Shown piece after piece: positions 33,525 through 43,836 of a DNA stretch of 64,000 nucleotides. The notes beneath the pieces are model-generated. The model ran no database searches and was not told the DNA's origin. It saw nothing but the letters and a program-made list of their open reading frames with translations. Origin of the DNA: Candidatus Saccharimonadales bacterium (lineage in GTDB: Bacteria; Patescibacteriota; Saccharimonadia; Saccharimonadales; JACDBH01); assembly GCA_041752595.1 (NCBI GenBank), contig JBGSWE010000007.1, positions 8,986-72,985 of the forward strand, given 5' to 3'. The position numbers were made by a program, and so were the translations under genes. Each line of letters starts with the position of its first letter. Position 1 is the stretch's first letter.

Positions 33525-33780
33525 CGTTACTCTCCTTAGTTACTTAAGTATGTTTATAGTACTCTGGCTCATACTATGCAAGCCTCGTACCGTTTATTTT
33601 GTTGTAATATTGTGATTTTTATTGCATAAGCATAATTAGTTTGACAATGCTTACATTTGATCCATAAATTGCAACAGAGCAATCATGAACATATCAGAAT
33701 AACCCCCCCAACCAGTTACGTCAATAATAAAATAATTTAAAGTATATTGCTTACGTTTTTACTGCTATACTTAAGCAAAT

Positions 33781-35592
33781 ATGCGTATCTCTGATGCATT
33801 GGTTAAGGAGCTGTTAGTAAAAAGTGGTAAGGCCACTGAAGAACAGCTAAGCGCAGTCCGCGAACAGTCTGGCAACAGCAAAGCGGCACTTCAAGACGTA
33901 GTTATCAAAGGTAATCTGATAACAGAAAAAGAACTAACCAAACTATATGCTGAAGAAATAGAAGTTCCCTATATAGAACTAGACCCTAAGGAAATAAAAC
34001 GAGAAGTTTTAAGGTTAATTCCAGAGAGAATTGCCAACCAATATAAAGTTGTGCTTTATGGTATCGATGAAACCGGGGCAAAATTACTAGCTACCGAGAA
34101 CCCTGACGATGTTGAGGGAATAAACTTCCTCAAAAAACAACTAGGTGATGATATCCGAATAGCGATGGCAAGCAAACAAAATATTTCAGCAGCACTTGAT
34201 CAATATAGGGGCGAGATTGGTACCGAGCTCACCAAAGTCATGTCGCCAGAGGAGTTAACTGAAGACATCGACGAAAACGTTTCAGAAGAAGATTTAGCCG
34301 AAGATTCACCAATTGCACAAACTGTTAATCTACTGATTGAATACGCTGTTAAGGCCGGAGCAAGCGACATCCATATTGAACCTCGCGAAAATTTTGTGTC
34401 TGTAAGGTACCGAATTGACGGAATATTGAAAGAAACTAATAAACTACCCAAAAAAGTATTAGCTGCTCTGGTTTCCAGAATTAAAATACTAAGCAATCTC
34501 AAGATAGATGAACGAAGGGCCCCTCAAGACGGACGCTTTAAAATAGCTGCCAATGGGGCAATCTATGCGATGCGTGTTAGCACATTGCCAATTGTTGACG
34601 GCGAAAAAGTAGTTATGCGCGTTCTTAATGAGTCTTCTAAGGCTCTGAGCCTGGAAGAGTTGGGTTATTGGGGAAGAAGCTTAGAAACTATCAAAGACGC
34701 GATTATGCAGCCGCATGGCATGGTGCTAGTAACTGGACCAACCGGTTCAGGAAAGAGTACAAGTCTTTTTAGCGTCCTATCGATGATTAACAGTCCAAGC
34801 GTAAACATATCAACAGTTGAAGACCCTGTAGAGTACCGAGTACCCGGTACTAATCAAACCCAAGTAAATAACCTTGCTGGAATGACATTTGTAAACGGGT
34901 TGCGTGCCCTGCTCCGCCAAGACCCGAATATTATTATGGTTGGTGAGATTCGAGACGGAGAAACAGCCGGACTGGGCGTTCAAGCGGCACTAACTGGTCA
35001 CCTCGTATTTAGCACGCTGCACACAAACAATGCTGCAACTTGCTTGCCTAGACTTCTAGATATGGGTATAGAGGCGTTTCTTATTGCTAGTACCGTACGA
35101 GCGGTTGTAGGACAGCGACTTGTTAGAAGATTATGTGTTGAGTGTAGAGAAAGCGTTGAACCAGATGCAATAACAGTCAAAAAATTAGGTGAAAGCTTTA
35201 GAATATCTGATGCGGCCATGATGAAATATGTTCATCAGCTCGAACAACAAGCACTAGATGGTGGCATTGGTAGAAGTAACCAAGGCAAACAAGCCAATGA
35301 CCAGCTCAGTACAACTGAGACTAAAATCACTCGAATCTGGAAATCGCATGATGGTGGATGTGACGCCTGTAATAAAACAGGTTATAAGGGTCGAATAGGT
35401 ATATATGAAGTTTTGCACAATTCTGAAGCAATTCAGAAACTAATTGTTGGTAGCTCAACCTCTGAAGTTATAAACCAACAAGCTATCAAAGAAGGTATGG
35501 TCACCATGCAATTAGATGGTTTTATAAAAGCATTAAGAGGCCAAACTAGTATAGAAGAAATATTACGCGTCACAGCAACGGGAGAGGGTTAA
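33781..35592 (+). CDS. pilB: type IV pilus assembly ATPase PilB (GspE family)
   Basis: T2SSE N-domain, Walker A GPTGSGKST, Asp/His boxes, tetracysteine CVEC...CDAC. Confidence 0.92.
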   Translation: MRISDALVKELLVKSGKATEEQLSAVREQSGNSKAALQDVVIKGNLITEKELTKLYAEEIEVPYIELDPKEIKREVLRLIPERIANQYKVVLYGIDETGAKLLATENPDDVEGINFLKKQLGDDIRIAMASKQNISAALDQYRGEIGTELTKVMSPEELTEDIDENVSEEDLAEDSPIAQTVNLLIEYAVKAGASDIHIEPRENFVSVRYRIDGILKETNKLPKKVLAALVSRIKILSNLKIDERRAPQDGRFKIAANGAIYAMRVSTLPIVDGEKVVMRVLNESSKALSLEELGYWGRSLETIKDAIMQPHGMVLVTGPTGSGKSTSLFSVLSMINSPSVNISTVEDPVEYRVPGTNQTQVNNLAGMTFVNGLRALLRQDPNIIMVGEIRDGETAGLGVQAALTGHLVFSTLHTNNAATCLPRLLDMGIEAFLIASTVRAVVGQRLVRRLCVECRESVEPDAITVKKLGESFRISDAAMMKYVHQLEQQALDGGIGRSNQGKQANDQLSTTETKITRIWKSHDGGCDACNKTGYKGRIGIYEVLHNSEAIQKLIVGSSTSEVINQQAIKEGMVTMQLDGFIKALRGQTSIEEILRVTATGEG

Positions 35593-35594
35593 AT

Positions 35595-36809
35595 ATGCCA
35601 ACTTTTAGTTATACAGCCTCGAATAACTCCGGCAAAACAATCCAGGGCTTTATTGAAGCAACCGACAAAGATAGTGCAATTGCTAGCTTAAAAAGACAAC
35701 AGTTAAGACCGTTAGTAGTAAATGCGCCGAAGAAATTTAACATTAATTTATTTACTAGTAAAAAGGTTAAAACCAAAGATATAACCATTTTTACACGACA
35801 ACTTTCGACTATGATTTCAGCCGGTGTGCCTCTTAACCGAGCTTTTCTTACTCTTCAAGAACAAGCCGAGAATGATTACTTCAAGAAAGTAATTGGTGAT
35901 ATGTCTAAGCAAATTGAGGGTGGAGCAAGTATTGGTGAAGCATTGGCTAAATATCCAAAAATATTTGATGAAATTTTCGTTAATATGGTTGTGGCCGGAG
36001 AAGCTGGCGGTATTTTGGACGAGATTCTTAAACGCCTGGCAACCCAACTCGAAAAAAACGAATCCATCAAAAAGAAGATTAAGAGCGCTACTACCTATCC
36101 TAAGGTTGTATTTGGTATAACAATAATAGCATTTGTGGTAGTTATGAACTTTATTGTGCCTAAAATCGCTGCCATGCTTCTAGAGCTGGGTGGAGAAGAT
36201 GCAAAACTACCCCCACTTACAAGAATAATGATTGCTATTAGTGATTTTTCTAAGGCTTATGCAGTGCCAATAGCAATTGTTGCGTTCATAGGATTTATAC
36301 TTCTTAGACGCTACATGAATACCCCGAAAGGCAAGTACAGATATCATGCACTACTTCTAAAAATACCTGTCATTAAATTAGTCATTACTAAGGTAGCTGT
36401 TGCTAGATTTGCCAGAACCTTCTCGAGCCTTATGTCAGCTGGTGTGCCAGTTAACAAAGCTATTCGTGTTACGTCAGCTAGTATTGGTAACAAGGTTCTA
36501 GAAAAAGAACTATTAGAGGCAGCTAAAGACGTTGAAGCAGGAAAACAGTTATCTGAATCATTAGCAAAAAGCCCGCATTATCCCCCAATAGTTTCGCAGA
36601 TGCTTGCAATTGGTGAGGAAACCGGACAAATAGATAAAATTCTTGTTAAGGTTGCTGACTTTTATGAAGAAGAAGTCGATGCCACCATTGAAAGCATGAG
36701 TTCGCTGCTAGAACCCCTGATGATTGTAATTCTTGGTGGTATGGTTGGCCTAGTTGCAGCTAGTGTTATGGGGCCACTTGGTTCGCTAACGAGTAGCCTA
36801 TCTAGCTAA
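35595..36809 (+). CDS. pilC: type IV pilus platform protein PilC (GspF family)
   Basis: Two T2SSF repeats (FTRQLSTMISAGVPL; FARTFSSLMSAGVPV) and 3 TM helices. Confidence 0.9.
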   Translation: MPTFSYTASNNSGKTIQGFIEATDKDSAIASLKRQQLRPLVVNAPKKFNINLFTSKKVKTKDITIFTRQLSTMISAGVPLNRAFLTLQEQAENDYFKKVIGDMSKQIEGGASIGEALAKYPKIFDEIFVNMVVAGEAGGILDEILKRLATQLEKNESIKKKIKSATTYPKVVFGITIIAFVVVMNFIVPKIAAMLLELGGEDAKLPPLTRIMIAISDFSKAYAVPIAIVAFIGFILLRRYMNTPKGKYRYHALLLKIPVIKLVITKVAVARFARTFSSLMSAGVPVNKAIRVTSASIGNKVLEKELLEAAKDVEAGKQLSESLAKSPHYPPIVSQMLAIGEETGQIDKILVKVADFYEEEVDATIESMSSLLEPLMIVILGGMVGLVAASVMGPLGSLTSSLSS

Positions 36810-36824
36810 ATATGTAATAAATAG

Positions 36825-36852
36825 TTGACATAAGGTTAGTGACAACTATAAA
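36825..36852 (+). promoter_or_regulatory. strong promoter of the major pilin gene
   Basis: TTGACA (36825-36830), 16 nt, TATAAA (36847-36852). Confidence 0.6.
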
Positions 36853-36919
36853 ATCATAAGCAAGATAGCCAATCAGGCATCTAAATAATAAAATAAATTA
36901 AAAAGGGTGTGGCAAATAT

Positions 36920-37357
36920 ATGATTTCAATCAAGCAAGATAAAGGTTTCACAATAATCGAACTATTGATCGTTATTGTTGTAATTGGTATTTTGGCCGCT
37001 ATCGGATTCGTGGCCTATGGTAACGTAACTAAGAGTGCTCGTGACTCAGACAGACAAGCTGATGCTAGTTCACTTGCTAAAAAAGCAGAAGAGTTTTATG
37101 CAGATAACGGAGAATATCCTGATCTAACTGAACTACTAGCCATGGAAGGTATAGATGCTAAGACTACTACCAGCCCAAGCGGAAATGCACTAGCTGACGG
37201 TGGTACCACTATTAGCTCATGCACAACTCAACCAGTTAGCAAAGCAACAGATACTTACTGTTACGCTGTTACTGCTGACTCCTCACAAATGTCAGTTGGA
37301 TACTGGAACGAAAAAGATGGCACTACAGCCGTTTACATTACAGGTGTAAATAACTAG
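36920..37357 (+). CDS. pilA: major type IV pilin
   Basis: Class III signal KG/FTIIELLIVIVVIGILAAI with E+5. C-terminal Cys pair (SSCTT...TYCYA). Own promoter and terminator. Confidence 0.9.
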   Translation: MISIKQDKGFTIIELLIVIVVIGILAAIGFVAYGNVTKSARDSDRQADASSLAKKAEEFYADNGEYPDLTELLAMEGIDAKTTTSPSGNALADGGTTISSCTTQPVSKATDTYCYAVTADSSQMSVGYWNEKDGTTAVYITGVNN

Positions 37358-37376
37358 ACTTTAGGCTTACAGAGAT

Positions 37377-37405
37377 AAAAACAGCCCCTTATTGGGGCTG
37401 TTTTT
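37377..37405 (+). terminator. rho-independent terminator after pilA
   Basis: CAGCCCC-ttatt-GGGGCTG followed by T5. Confidence 0.85.
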
Positions 37406-37483
37406 ATATTATATACATAAGAATTTTGGTATAATATCTTTAATTGATTACTGCTCTTTATAGAGACTAAGGGGATAAATAAG

Positions 37484-39025
37484 TTGGTGGACAATAAGGG
37501 TTTTACAATAATAGAAATTTTGGTTTCTACAATTGTTATTGGAATTATGTCTATTTCTGTTTTAAGCGCATATGTAGCACTAAATTCTACAGCTATATTT
37601 GCCCGCCAAAAAATAATTGGTACTCAACTCGCCACTAATCAGCTAGAGTACTTAAAATCTCTTCCTTACGATAGTCTGGCTGTTGTAGGTGGCGCAATAC
37701 CAAACCCTTCGCCTTTACCAAATAGCGAGATAATTGTGCTTGATAATGTCAGTTATGAAGTAAGAACCTCAATAAATTATGCCGATGATGCTTTTGATGG
37801 TTGCGGAAACTATGCAACCGCAACACTTAAAAATAATCTGTGCAGAAACTTACCCGAACCAGCCTCGGCTACAACAGATTTAAACCCTGCCGATTATAAA
37901 ATTACCAATGTTAAAGTTTATGTCCTGGGTAAAAAAGTATCAGAATTAGATACAAATATTGCTGCTCGAGTTGCCGAAACAGACAGTACTACTGGAGCAC
38001 TTTCGGTTACGGTTATTGATTCTTCGGGCAATCCTGTATCTGGGGCGAATGTAAACGTTGCTAATACAACCCTATTACCGGCAGTTAACTTAAATGACAG
38101 CACTGATGTAAACGGAGTTGCTATATTTTATGGTCTTACCCCTCAATCTACTAACAGTTACGTTGTTACTGCTAGTAAACTAAACTACTCTAGTTTATTT
38201 ACAATTTCGCCGTCAGGAAGTCTTGCGCCAAATTTCGCAAGCCAAAACGTAATCGTACAACAGTCGTCATCAACAACGCTCACAATTGATCCTATGAGTA
38301 AATATAGTCTTGTTGGTGAAGCATTTAACACTGGTGGTAGCTCAATTTCTAATTTGCGTGTTTATGCAAAGGGTGGCCCGAAAAAATACAGTAATATTGA
38401 CGATTTTTCTTATTATTTCGACAATTTTACTCCAACAGATTCAAGAGCGACATCTGATAGTTCGGGAAATTTTGTCATGGAAGATTTAGCACCAGGTAGC
38501 TATCTCTTTTGTGGTGACTCGGGTGGAAGTAGTTGTTCGGTTGGAGGAACCAATTATTTTCTAGCTGCTGCCGTTCCTTATGCTGGAACTAATCAGTTTG
38601 GTCCAATAATAATACCCCCATATATTGCTTCAAACCCTCCTTCAATTGTATTCCCCTTTAGTGGCAATGATTATCTCCAAAAAGTAAGATATATCTTTAC
38701 AACAAACAGTAATCATCCGAGAATATTTAGCTTATCAAACGGTACAGCTAGTAAGTCTGCAGGCACACATACGTTTACTATTAAGGGCAGTAATTTACCT
38801 TGTAACGATACAAATCCAGCGCTTTGCAACACTATTGTTACTATAAAAAATTCTGCTGGAGATATGTCCGCTTCTTGTACTGGTCTTGATTCGTTACTGG
38901 ATTGCACTATTGACGTATCCGGAGCAAACCTAGAGCAATCAAACATTACACTCACTGCAAATGGTTTCACTATTAATATCCCGAACGGAGTTGGTATGCT
39001 TGGGGGTGTTAATGTTACGCCGTAA
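37484..39025 (+). CDS. large (513 aa) pilin-like protein, candidate tip or minor pilin adhesin
   Basis: Prepilin signal NKG/FTIIEILV (TTG start). Internal block resembles a CarboxypepD_reg-like fold (SVTVIDSSGNPVSGANVNV...DVNGVAIFYGL). Ser/Thr/Asn-rich. Confidence 0.75.
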   Translation: MVDNKGFTIIEILVSTIVIGIMSISVLSAYVALNSTAIFARQKIIGTQLATNQLEYLKSLPYDSLAVVGGAIPNPSPLPNSEIIVLDNVSYEVRTSINYADDAFDGCGNYATATLKNNLCRNLPEPASATTDLNPADYKITNVKVYVLGKKVSELDTNIAARVAETDSTTGALSVTVIDSSGNPVSGANVNVANTTLLPAVNLNDSTDVNGVAIFYGLTPQSTNSYVVTASKLNYSSLFTISPSGSLAPNFASQNVIVQQSSSTTLTIDPMSKYSLVGEAFNTGGSSISNLRVYAKGGPKKYSNIDDFSYYFDNFTPTDSRATSDSSGNFVMEDLAPGSYLFCGDSGGSSCSVGGTNYFLAAAVPYAGTNQFGPIIIPPYIASNPPSIVFPFSGNDYLQKVRYIFTTNSNHPRIFSLSNGTASKSAGTHTFTIKGSNLPCNDTNPALCNTIVTIKNSAGDMSASCTGLDSLLDCTIDVSGANLEQSNITLTANGFTINIPNGVGMLGGVNVTP

Positions 39026-39608
39026 TCAAGCTGGTTTTACGTTAAATGAGTTATTAGTAGTTATGCTAACAAGTAGTGTTCTTATAATTGTGCTGCTTTC
39101 TTTTACATCTACAACTATTCAGAACTTCTTAAGATTGCAGGCGGAAGGTCTTGCAAACAGCAAGCTTGCTGATGGTTCGTTTAGAGTTTCTAGAGTTTTA
39201 AGAGGAGCAAACTATATAGAGATTGCCGATACAGACTCACTGACTGCATATGCATACTTTTCACCGCAAGATGCATACACTTCCAAAATTACTTATTACT
39301 TAAATGGTGCTCAAAATAAGTTATTAGCAGATGTAACCCCAATGACAGCCGACTACCCAATAGGCACATTAATTACAGCAAACCAAAAGACCGTAACTAT
39401 AATTGATGGATTCTATAAACAAGCTGGTACACCAACTTTTAAATACTACACCTCAACTTCATTAGAGATTACAACCCCAGTAGCTGACTTGCAATCTATT
39501 AAGAATATTTCTGTTAATTTATACGCAAGAATATTTCAATCAAACAATCAAGAATTTGCCTCCAGTTCTGTATCTGTAAACTTACGTAACAGAAAGACAA
39601 ACCTATGA
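39012..39608 (+). CDS. minor pilin
   Basis: Prepilin signal NQAG/FTLNELLVV. ATG at 39012 with GGGGGTG SD, overlapping the previous gene by 14 nt. Confidence 0.75.
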   Translation: MLRRNQAGFTLNELLVVMLTSSVLIIVLLSFTSTTIQNFLRLQAEGLANSKLADGSFRVSRVLRGANYIEIADTDSLTAYAYFSPQDAYTSKITYYLNGAQNKLLADVTPMTADYPIGTLITANQKTVTIIDGFYKQAGTPTFKYYTSTSLEITTPVADLQSIKNISVNLYARIFQSNNQEFASSSVSVNLRNRKTNL

Positions 39609-41167
39609 ACGAAAATGCTAGCGGACACATACTCACCTGGGTGATGGGCTTCTTAGCAGCAATTACAGTTATTTTAGTTGCAACAACTAGCGTACTCGAT
39701 CTAGTACTGTCTGATTCAATTAGAACAAACAAGAGCCAGCTAACCCTAAATATAGCTGATGCCGGCATAAATTATTATCTTTGGCATCTTAGTCACTCTG
39801 GAGCCGATTTTCAGGATGGTAACACTGGCGGCACCCCAATAGTTGGCGGTGAATTTAATGGTTTTTACGGCCCTTATATTAAAGACTACAAGGACGACAA
39901 CGGTGTTATAGCTGGCAAGTACACACTTTATATAAAACCAAAATCGGTTGGCTCTACCGTTGCTGTTGTACGAGCTATTGGCGAAACTACTGATTCCAAA
40001 TTTAGGCGTACTGTTGAGGCAGAGATTGGAGCACCGTCATTTGCAAGCTATGGGATAGTTGGCGATGTAGCACTTTGGTTTGGTAGTACTGAGGCAGCAA
40101 ATGGACCAACTCACTCAAATGTTGGCGTAAGAATGGATGGTCCAAATACTGGCGATGTTACAAGTTCAAATTCTACCTATGTTCCTCCTTCAAGCTTGGG
40201 TGGTAATGGTACTACCGTGAGGCCAGGGGTTTGGTGCAATGCAGGCATCAACTGTGCTTCAAGAAACTCAACAGATAACAATGGTAGCTGGCGATATCCA
40301 GTACCTGCAGTAGATTTTAACTCTATTACGGGTGAACTTTGTAATCTAAAAAAGACTGCATTTTTGTCAAATGCTAGCACCTCAGCTCTTGCCGCAAGTG
40401 CAACTGCCTGTAGCGATGTGAGTGCTGCCAGAACATCGGCATATATCCCTAGGTATCAAACTTCATTTAGTACCACCAGGGGCTATATGATTGAACTAAA
40501 TGCTAATGGCACATATAACCTCTACGGCGTAGCAAATGAAGTTTATAATTACACGAATAATACTAATTATACAAATACGTGGCAAAGCGCCCTTACAGAA
40601 ACATTAATTCAAAGCAATATTCCTACCCCATCTGGTGGGGTAATATTTGTTGAAGACAATGTTTGGGTCAGAACAAATACTGTTTATAGTGGTCGTGTGA
40701 CAATAGCCTCTGGCAGGCTTGCTAGCGCCACAGAACAAACTAATGTAGTTATCGCAGATGATATCAAATACTCTGAAAAGACTGGTAAAGATGCCATAGG
40801 GATAATTGCTGAGAATAACGTTACTGTTGCTCCTTATGCTCCCCCAAGACCAAATGATGCATCTTCAAATTATCCTTTTGAAATTGATGCAGCGCTTATA
40901 GCAAAGGATGGTTCCGTAAGATTCACAGCTACCTATCTAGGAAGAGATGTTCCTTATTGGAGTGATCCGAATAAAAAGCTACTTTATTATGGCTCTATTG
41001 CTAGCAGAAATGTCTGGACATGGTTAGTATCTGGTGGAGATAGTGACGGATTTTTATACAACGACACTACTTATGACTACAATCTCTTGTATGCGCCGCC
41101 GCCCAGCTTCCCTATTACTAGCACTTATGACATCTTAAAATGGCGTGAAGTTTTAGTAACTCCTTAA
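39605..41167 (+). CDS. large (520 aa) PilX-N-like pilus-associated protein
   Basis: N-terminal hydrophobic helix without the G/FxxxE cleavage motif, then SDSIRTNKSQ..ADAGINYYLWHL, resembling the PilX N-terminal domain. Confidence 0.55.
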   Translation: MNENASGHILTWVMGFLAAITVILVATTSVLDLVLSDSIRTNKSQLTLNIADAGINYYLWHLSHSGADFQDGNTGGTPIVGGEFNGFYGPYIKDYKDDNGVIAGKYTLYIKPKSVGSTVAVVRAIGETTDSKFRRTVEAEIGAPSFASYGIVGDVALWFGSTEAANGPTHSNVGVRMDGPNTGDVTSSNSTYVPPSSLGGNGTTVRPGVWCNAGINCASRNSTDNNGSWRYPVPAVDFNSITGELCNLKKTAFLSNASTSALAASATACSDVSAARTSAYIPRYQTSFSTTRGYMIELNANGTYNLYGVANEVYNYTNNTNYTNTWQSALTETLIQSNIPTPSGGVIFVEDNVWVRTNTVYSGRVTIASGRLASATEQTNVVIADDIKYSEKTGKDAIGIIAENNVTVAPYAPPRPNDASSNYPFEIDAALIAKDGSVRFTATYLGRDVPYWSDPNKKLLYYGSIASRNVWTWLVSGGDSDGFLYNDTTYDYNLLYAPPPSFPITSTYDILKWREVLVTP

Positions 41168-41257
41168 GAAGAACATAATGACTCAAATTATAGACATATC
41201 ATTCAAAGTTGCATCTGATATAATGTTATTTAAAGCTTATGTTTAAAAAGTGGGCAA

Positions 41258-42325
41258 ATGAATAACACATACTTCTACAAAGACAAACCATTATTTGGAC
41301 TCGACATAGGGTTCAACACTTTTAAAGTTATGCAAATTACACAAGATAAAAAAAGTTTTAATGTGGATGGCTATGGAGTGGCTGGGTTTTCATCTGACGA
41401 TATTAAAGATGGTGAAATCGTTGACTATGAATCATTAGCTAAATCTGCAAAAGAACTTTTTTCTAAAAATATTATTGGAAACATTTCTACTCGAAGAGTA
41501 GCCGCAACAATTCCTGCGTCAAAAGCCTATTCACGCGTAATGAGTGTGCCTGCTAATTTAAGCAAGAAACAGTTAGATGAAGCTGTTCGTTCTGAAGCAG
41601 AACAATATATTCCCATCCCTCTTGATGATTTATACTTAGACTTCACAAACACAACCATCAACGGAGACAGTCGAGAAGTATTAGTTGTTGGTGTGCCAAA
41701 AAATATTGTTGACTCATACATGAAATTTTTTGAAATTTTAGGACTCGAGGTTTGCTCTATTGAAACCACCATTTCTGCTGCAAGTAGAATTATTGCAAAA
41801 GCTGAAAACAGTGATGATATACCCACAATATTAATTGATCTCGGTTCCTTATCTGTAGACCTTACTGTTTTCGACAAAAATTTGGTTGTTAACGGTACTA
41901 TCCCGGGTGGTGGCGACGATTTTAGTACTAGAATTGCAGAAAAACTAGGTATTGATAAATCAGAAGCTAATACAATTAAAACAAAATATGGTCTTGGAGT
42001 TAGCAAAAAACAACCCCTAATTCGTGAATCACTAAAACCACAGCTTGATTCTTTGATTAAAGAAGTACGTAGAGTCGTTAGGTATTACGAAGAACGTACG
42101 GGCGGAAATAATACTATTGGCCAGATTATCACCATGGGTGGTGGCGCAAATATGCCAGGGCTAGTTGATTATTTGACTGATAATCTGCGTATTCCTACTC
42201 GTATGTGTAACTTTTGGGGCGAATTTAATATGAACAAACTCCAACCCCCCCATGAAGCAGAGCGTTCATTATATGTTACAGCTGCCGGAGCTGCAATTAT
42301 GGACCCTAAGGAGATCTGGAAATGA
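41258..42325 (+). CDS. pilM: type IV pilus assembly protein PilM (actin-like ATPase fold)
   Basis: FGLDIG start, LIDLGS and MGGGANMPGL blocks. Confidence 0.85.
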   Translation: MNNTYFYKDKPLFGLDIGFNTFKVMQITQDKKSFNVDGYGVAGFSSDDIKDGEIVDYESLAKSAKELFSKNIIGNISTRRVAATIPASKAYSRVMSVPANLSKKQLDEAVRSEAEQYIPIPLDDLYLDFTNTTINGDSREVLVVGVPKNIVDSYMKFFEILGLEVCSIETTISAASRIIAKAENSDDIPTILIDLGSLSVDLTVFDKNLVVNGTIPGGGDDFSTRIAEKLGIDKSEANTIKTKYGLGVSKKQPLIRESLKPQLDSLIKEVRRVVRYYEERTGGNNTIGQIITMGGGANMPGLVDYLTDNLRIPTRMCNFWGEFNMNKLQPPHEAERSLYVTAAGAAIMDPKEIWK

Positions 42326-42915
42326 TCAACTTAATGCCTCCGGACAAAAAGCAAGTTATATGGTATTCAAGACGTAATAGCATCCTTGTTAAATGGAGTC
42401 TAGGAATTGCGGCCGCAGGACTAGGTATTGTTATTGTTGCAGTCGGTGGTATTTTGTTTCTTAAACAAGAAAACAAAAAATATGAAGATTCTATTAGTCT
42501 TACGAAGGTAGAGTTAACGTCCCAAAAGGAAGAAGAAACCCTTAAACGAGCGGGGGAAATCAAAGGTAGTCTTCAATTGGCTGTTGATGTATTATCCAAA
42601 GAAATACTATTTTCTGAAGTATTAGTAAGAATTGGACAGATCATACCCCAAGGAACTGTACTTAAAAACCTAGAACTTACGAACGAACTTCAGGGCGGGC
42701 TGGATTTAACAATTGGAGCTTTAACATATGAATCTGGCGCCACAGCCCAGCTAAACTTAGCCAACCCCGATAATGGCATATTCGATAAGGTCGATATAGG
42801 TACAGTTTCATGTAACTCGTCAACTCCTGATACATACCCATGCGAAGCAACTCTTAGAGTTTTGTTTTCTAAAGACAATAATGAATTCCTTAAGCTAAAT
42901 AAGGATGGCCAATAA
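42322..42915 (+). CDS. pilN: PilN-like pilus assembly protein
   Basis: MINLMPPD (INLLP-type motif), a single TM, a coiled-coil segment. 4-nt overlap with pilM. Confidence 0.75.
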   Translation: MINLMPPDKKQVIWYSRRNSILVKWSLGIAAAGLGIVIVAVGGILFLKQENKKYEDSISLTKVELTSQKEEETLKRAGEIKGSLQLAVDVLSKEILFSEVLVRIGQIIPQGTVLKNLELTNELQGGLDLTIGALTYESGATAQLNLANPDNGIFDKVDIGTVSCNSSTPDTYPCEATLRVLFSKDNNEFLKLNKDGQ

Positions 42916-43532
42916 TGAACAGTAAGCGCGTATTTTACTCTATGATTGCCGGCCTAGTTATACTTGTTGGGTTATGTGCGGCTGGAGCCTACTTTGCAAA
43001 CGATATGATTGTTTCTGAAGGAAATTCACTCAAGGAACTAAAACTTCAAGACACCATAACAAAAAAACAAATTGATAATTTACAACAGGCTAAAAAAGAA
43101 ATAATTAAGTTTGAAGAATTAGAAAAGATTGCAAAAACGGTAGTACCTCAAGAAAAAGACCAAGCAAGAACAGTTTTTGAGTTAGTAACTTTTGCAAAAG
43201 AATCTGGAATAACTCTAGAATCGATTTCTTTCCCTGAATCTGAACTGGGCATAGTTAAAAAGGGAGGCAAGGCTTCTGATAACACTTCACCCGACCTAAC
43301 TCAACTTGTTCCTGTTGACGGCCTAAAGGGAGTATATGGTATGGAAATTATTATTACATCAGATACCAGAACTTCTGTTAAGTTCGATAGATTATTAGAC
43401 TATTTACGTAAATTAGAGACCAACCGACGGACTGCCCAGGTGGCAAGCATAAATATTACCCCAAATGACGTAGACAATAGCCTGATTGATTTTACACTAA
43501 CCCTAAATAGTTTTGTGAAGCCTGGGAATTAA
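42915..43532 (+). CDS. pilO: PilO-like pilus assembly protein
   Basis: Single TM, coiled coil and a ferredoxin-like C-terminal part. 1-nt overlap with pilN. Confidence 0.65.
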   Translation: MNSKRVFYSMIAGLVILVGLCAAGAYFANDMIVSEGNSLKELKLQDTITKKQIDNLQQAKKEIIKFEELEKIAKTVVPQEKDQARTVFELVTFAKESGITLESISFPESELGIVKKGGKASDNTSPDLTQLVPVDGLKGVYGMEIIITSDTRTSVKFDRLLDYLRKLETNRRTAQVASINITPNDVDNSLIDFTLTLNSFVKPGN

Positions 43533-43533
43533 T

Positions 43534-43836
43534 ATGAATAAGTACAAGGATAAATTAATACTGTTACCAATTTTTATAAAGCAACATATTGTTCTTATTT
43601 GTTTTGTGTTGTTTGGCCTGACTTACAGTTTTCTTATTTTTACCAGTAGTAGCCAGGCTTCCAAGTCACCTACCGACGCCGAAATCACCGAAAGACTACA
43701 GGCTTCAAAAATTACAAAAATAGATGATAGTGCCGCAGAAGCTTTGCAGCAATTAATCGATAATAACGATAAGATTCAAGCCCTTTTCGATGCCGCCGAA
43801 ATAGATAACGATCGTAAGAACCCATTCTCAGAGTAA
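43534..43836 (+). CDS. 100-aa single-TM protein closing the pilus operon
   Basis: Starts 2 nt after pilO. TM helix plus acidic helical tail. No family recognised. Confidence 0.5.
   Translation: MNKYKDKLILLPIFIKQHIVLICFVLFGLTYSFLIFTSSSQASKSPTDAEITERLQASKITKIDDSAAEALQQLIDNNDKIQALFDAAEIDNDRKNPFSE

Noticed and set aside
33525-33780. LexA/SOS box upstream of recA
   Set aside because: No CTGT-N8-ACAG or GAAC-N4-GTTC type palindrome found, only a weak TAGTA-N10-TACTA repeat. No lexA in the window.
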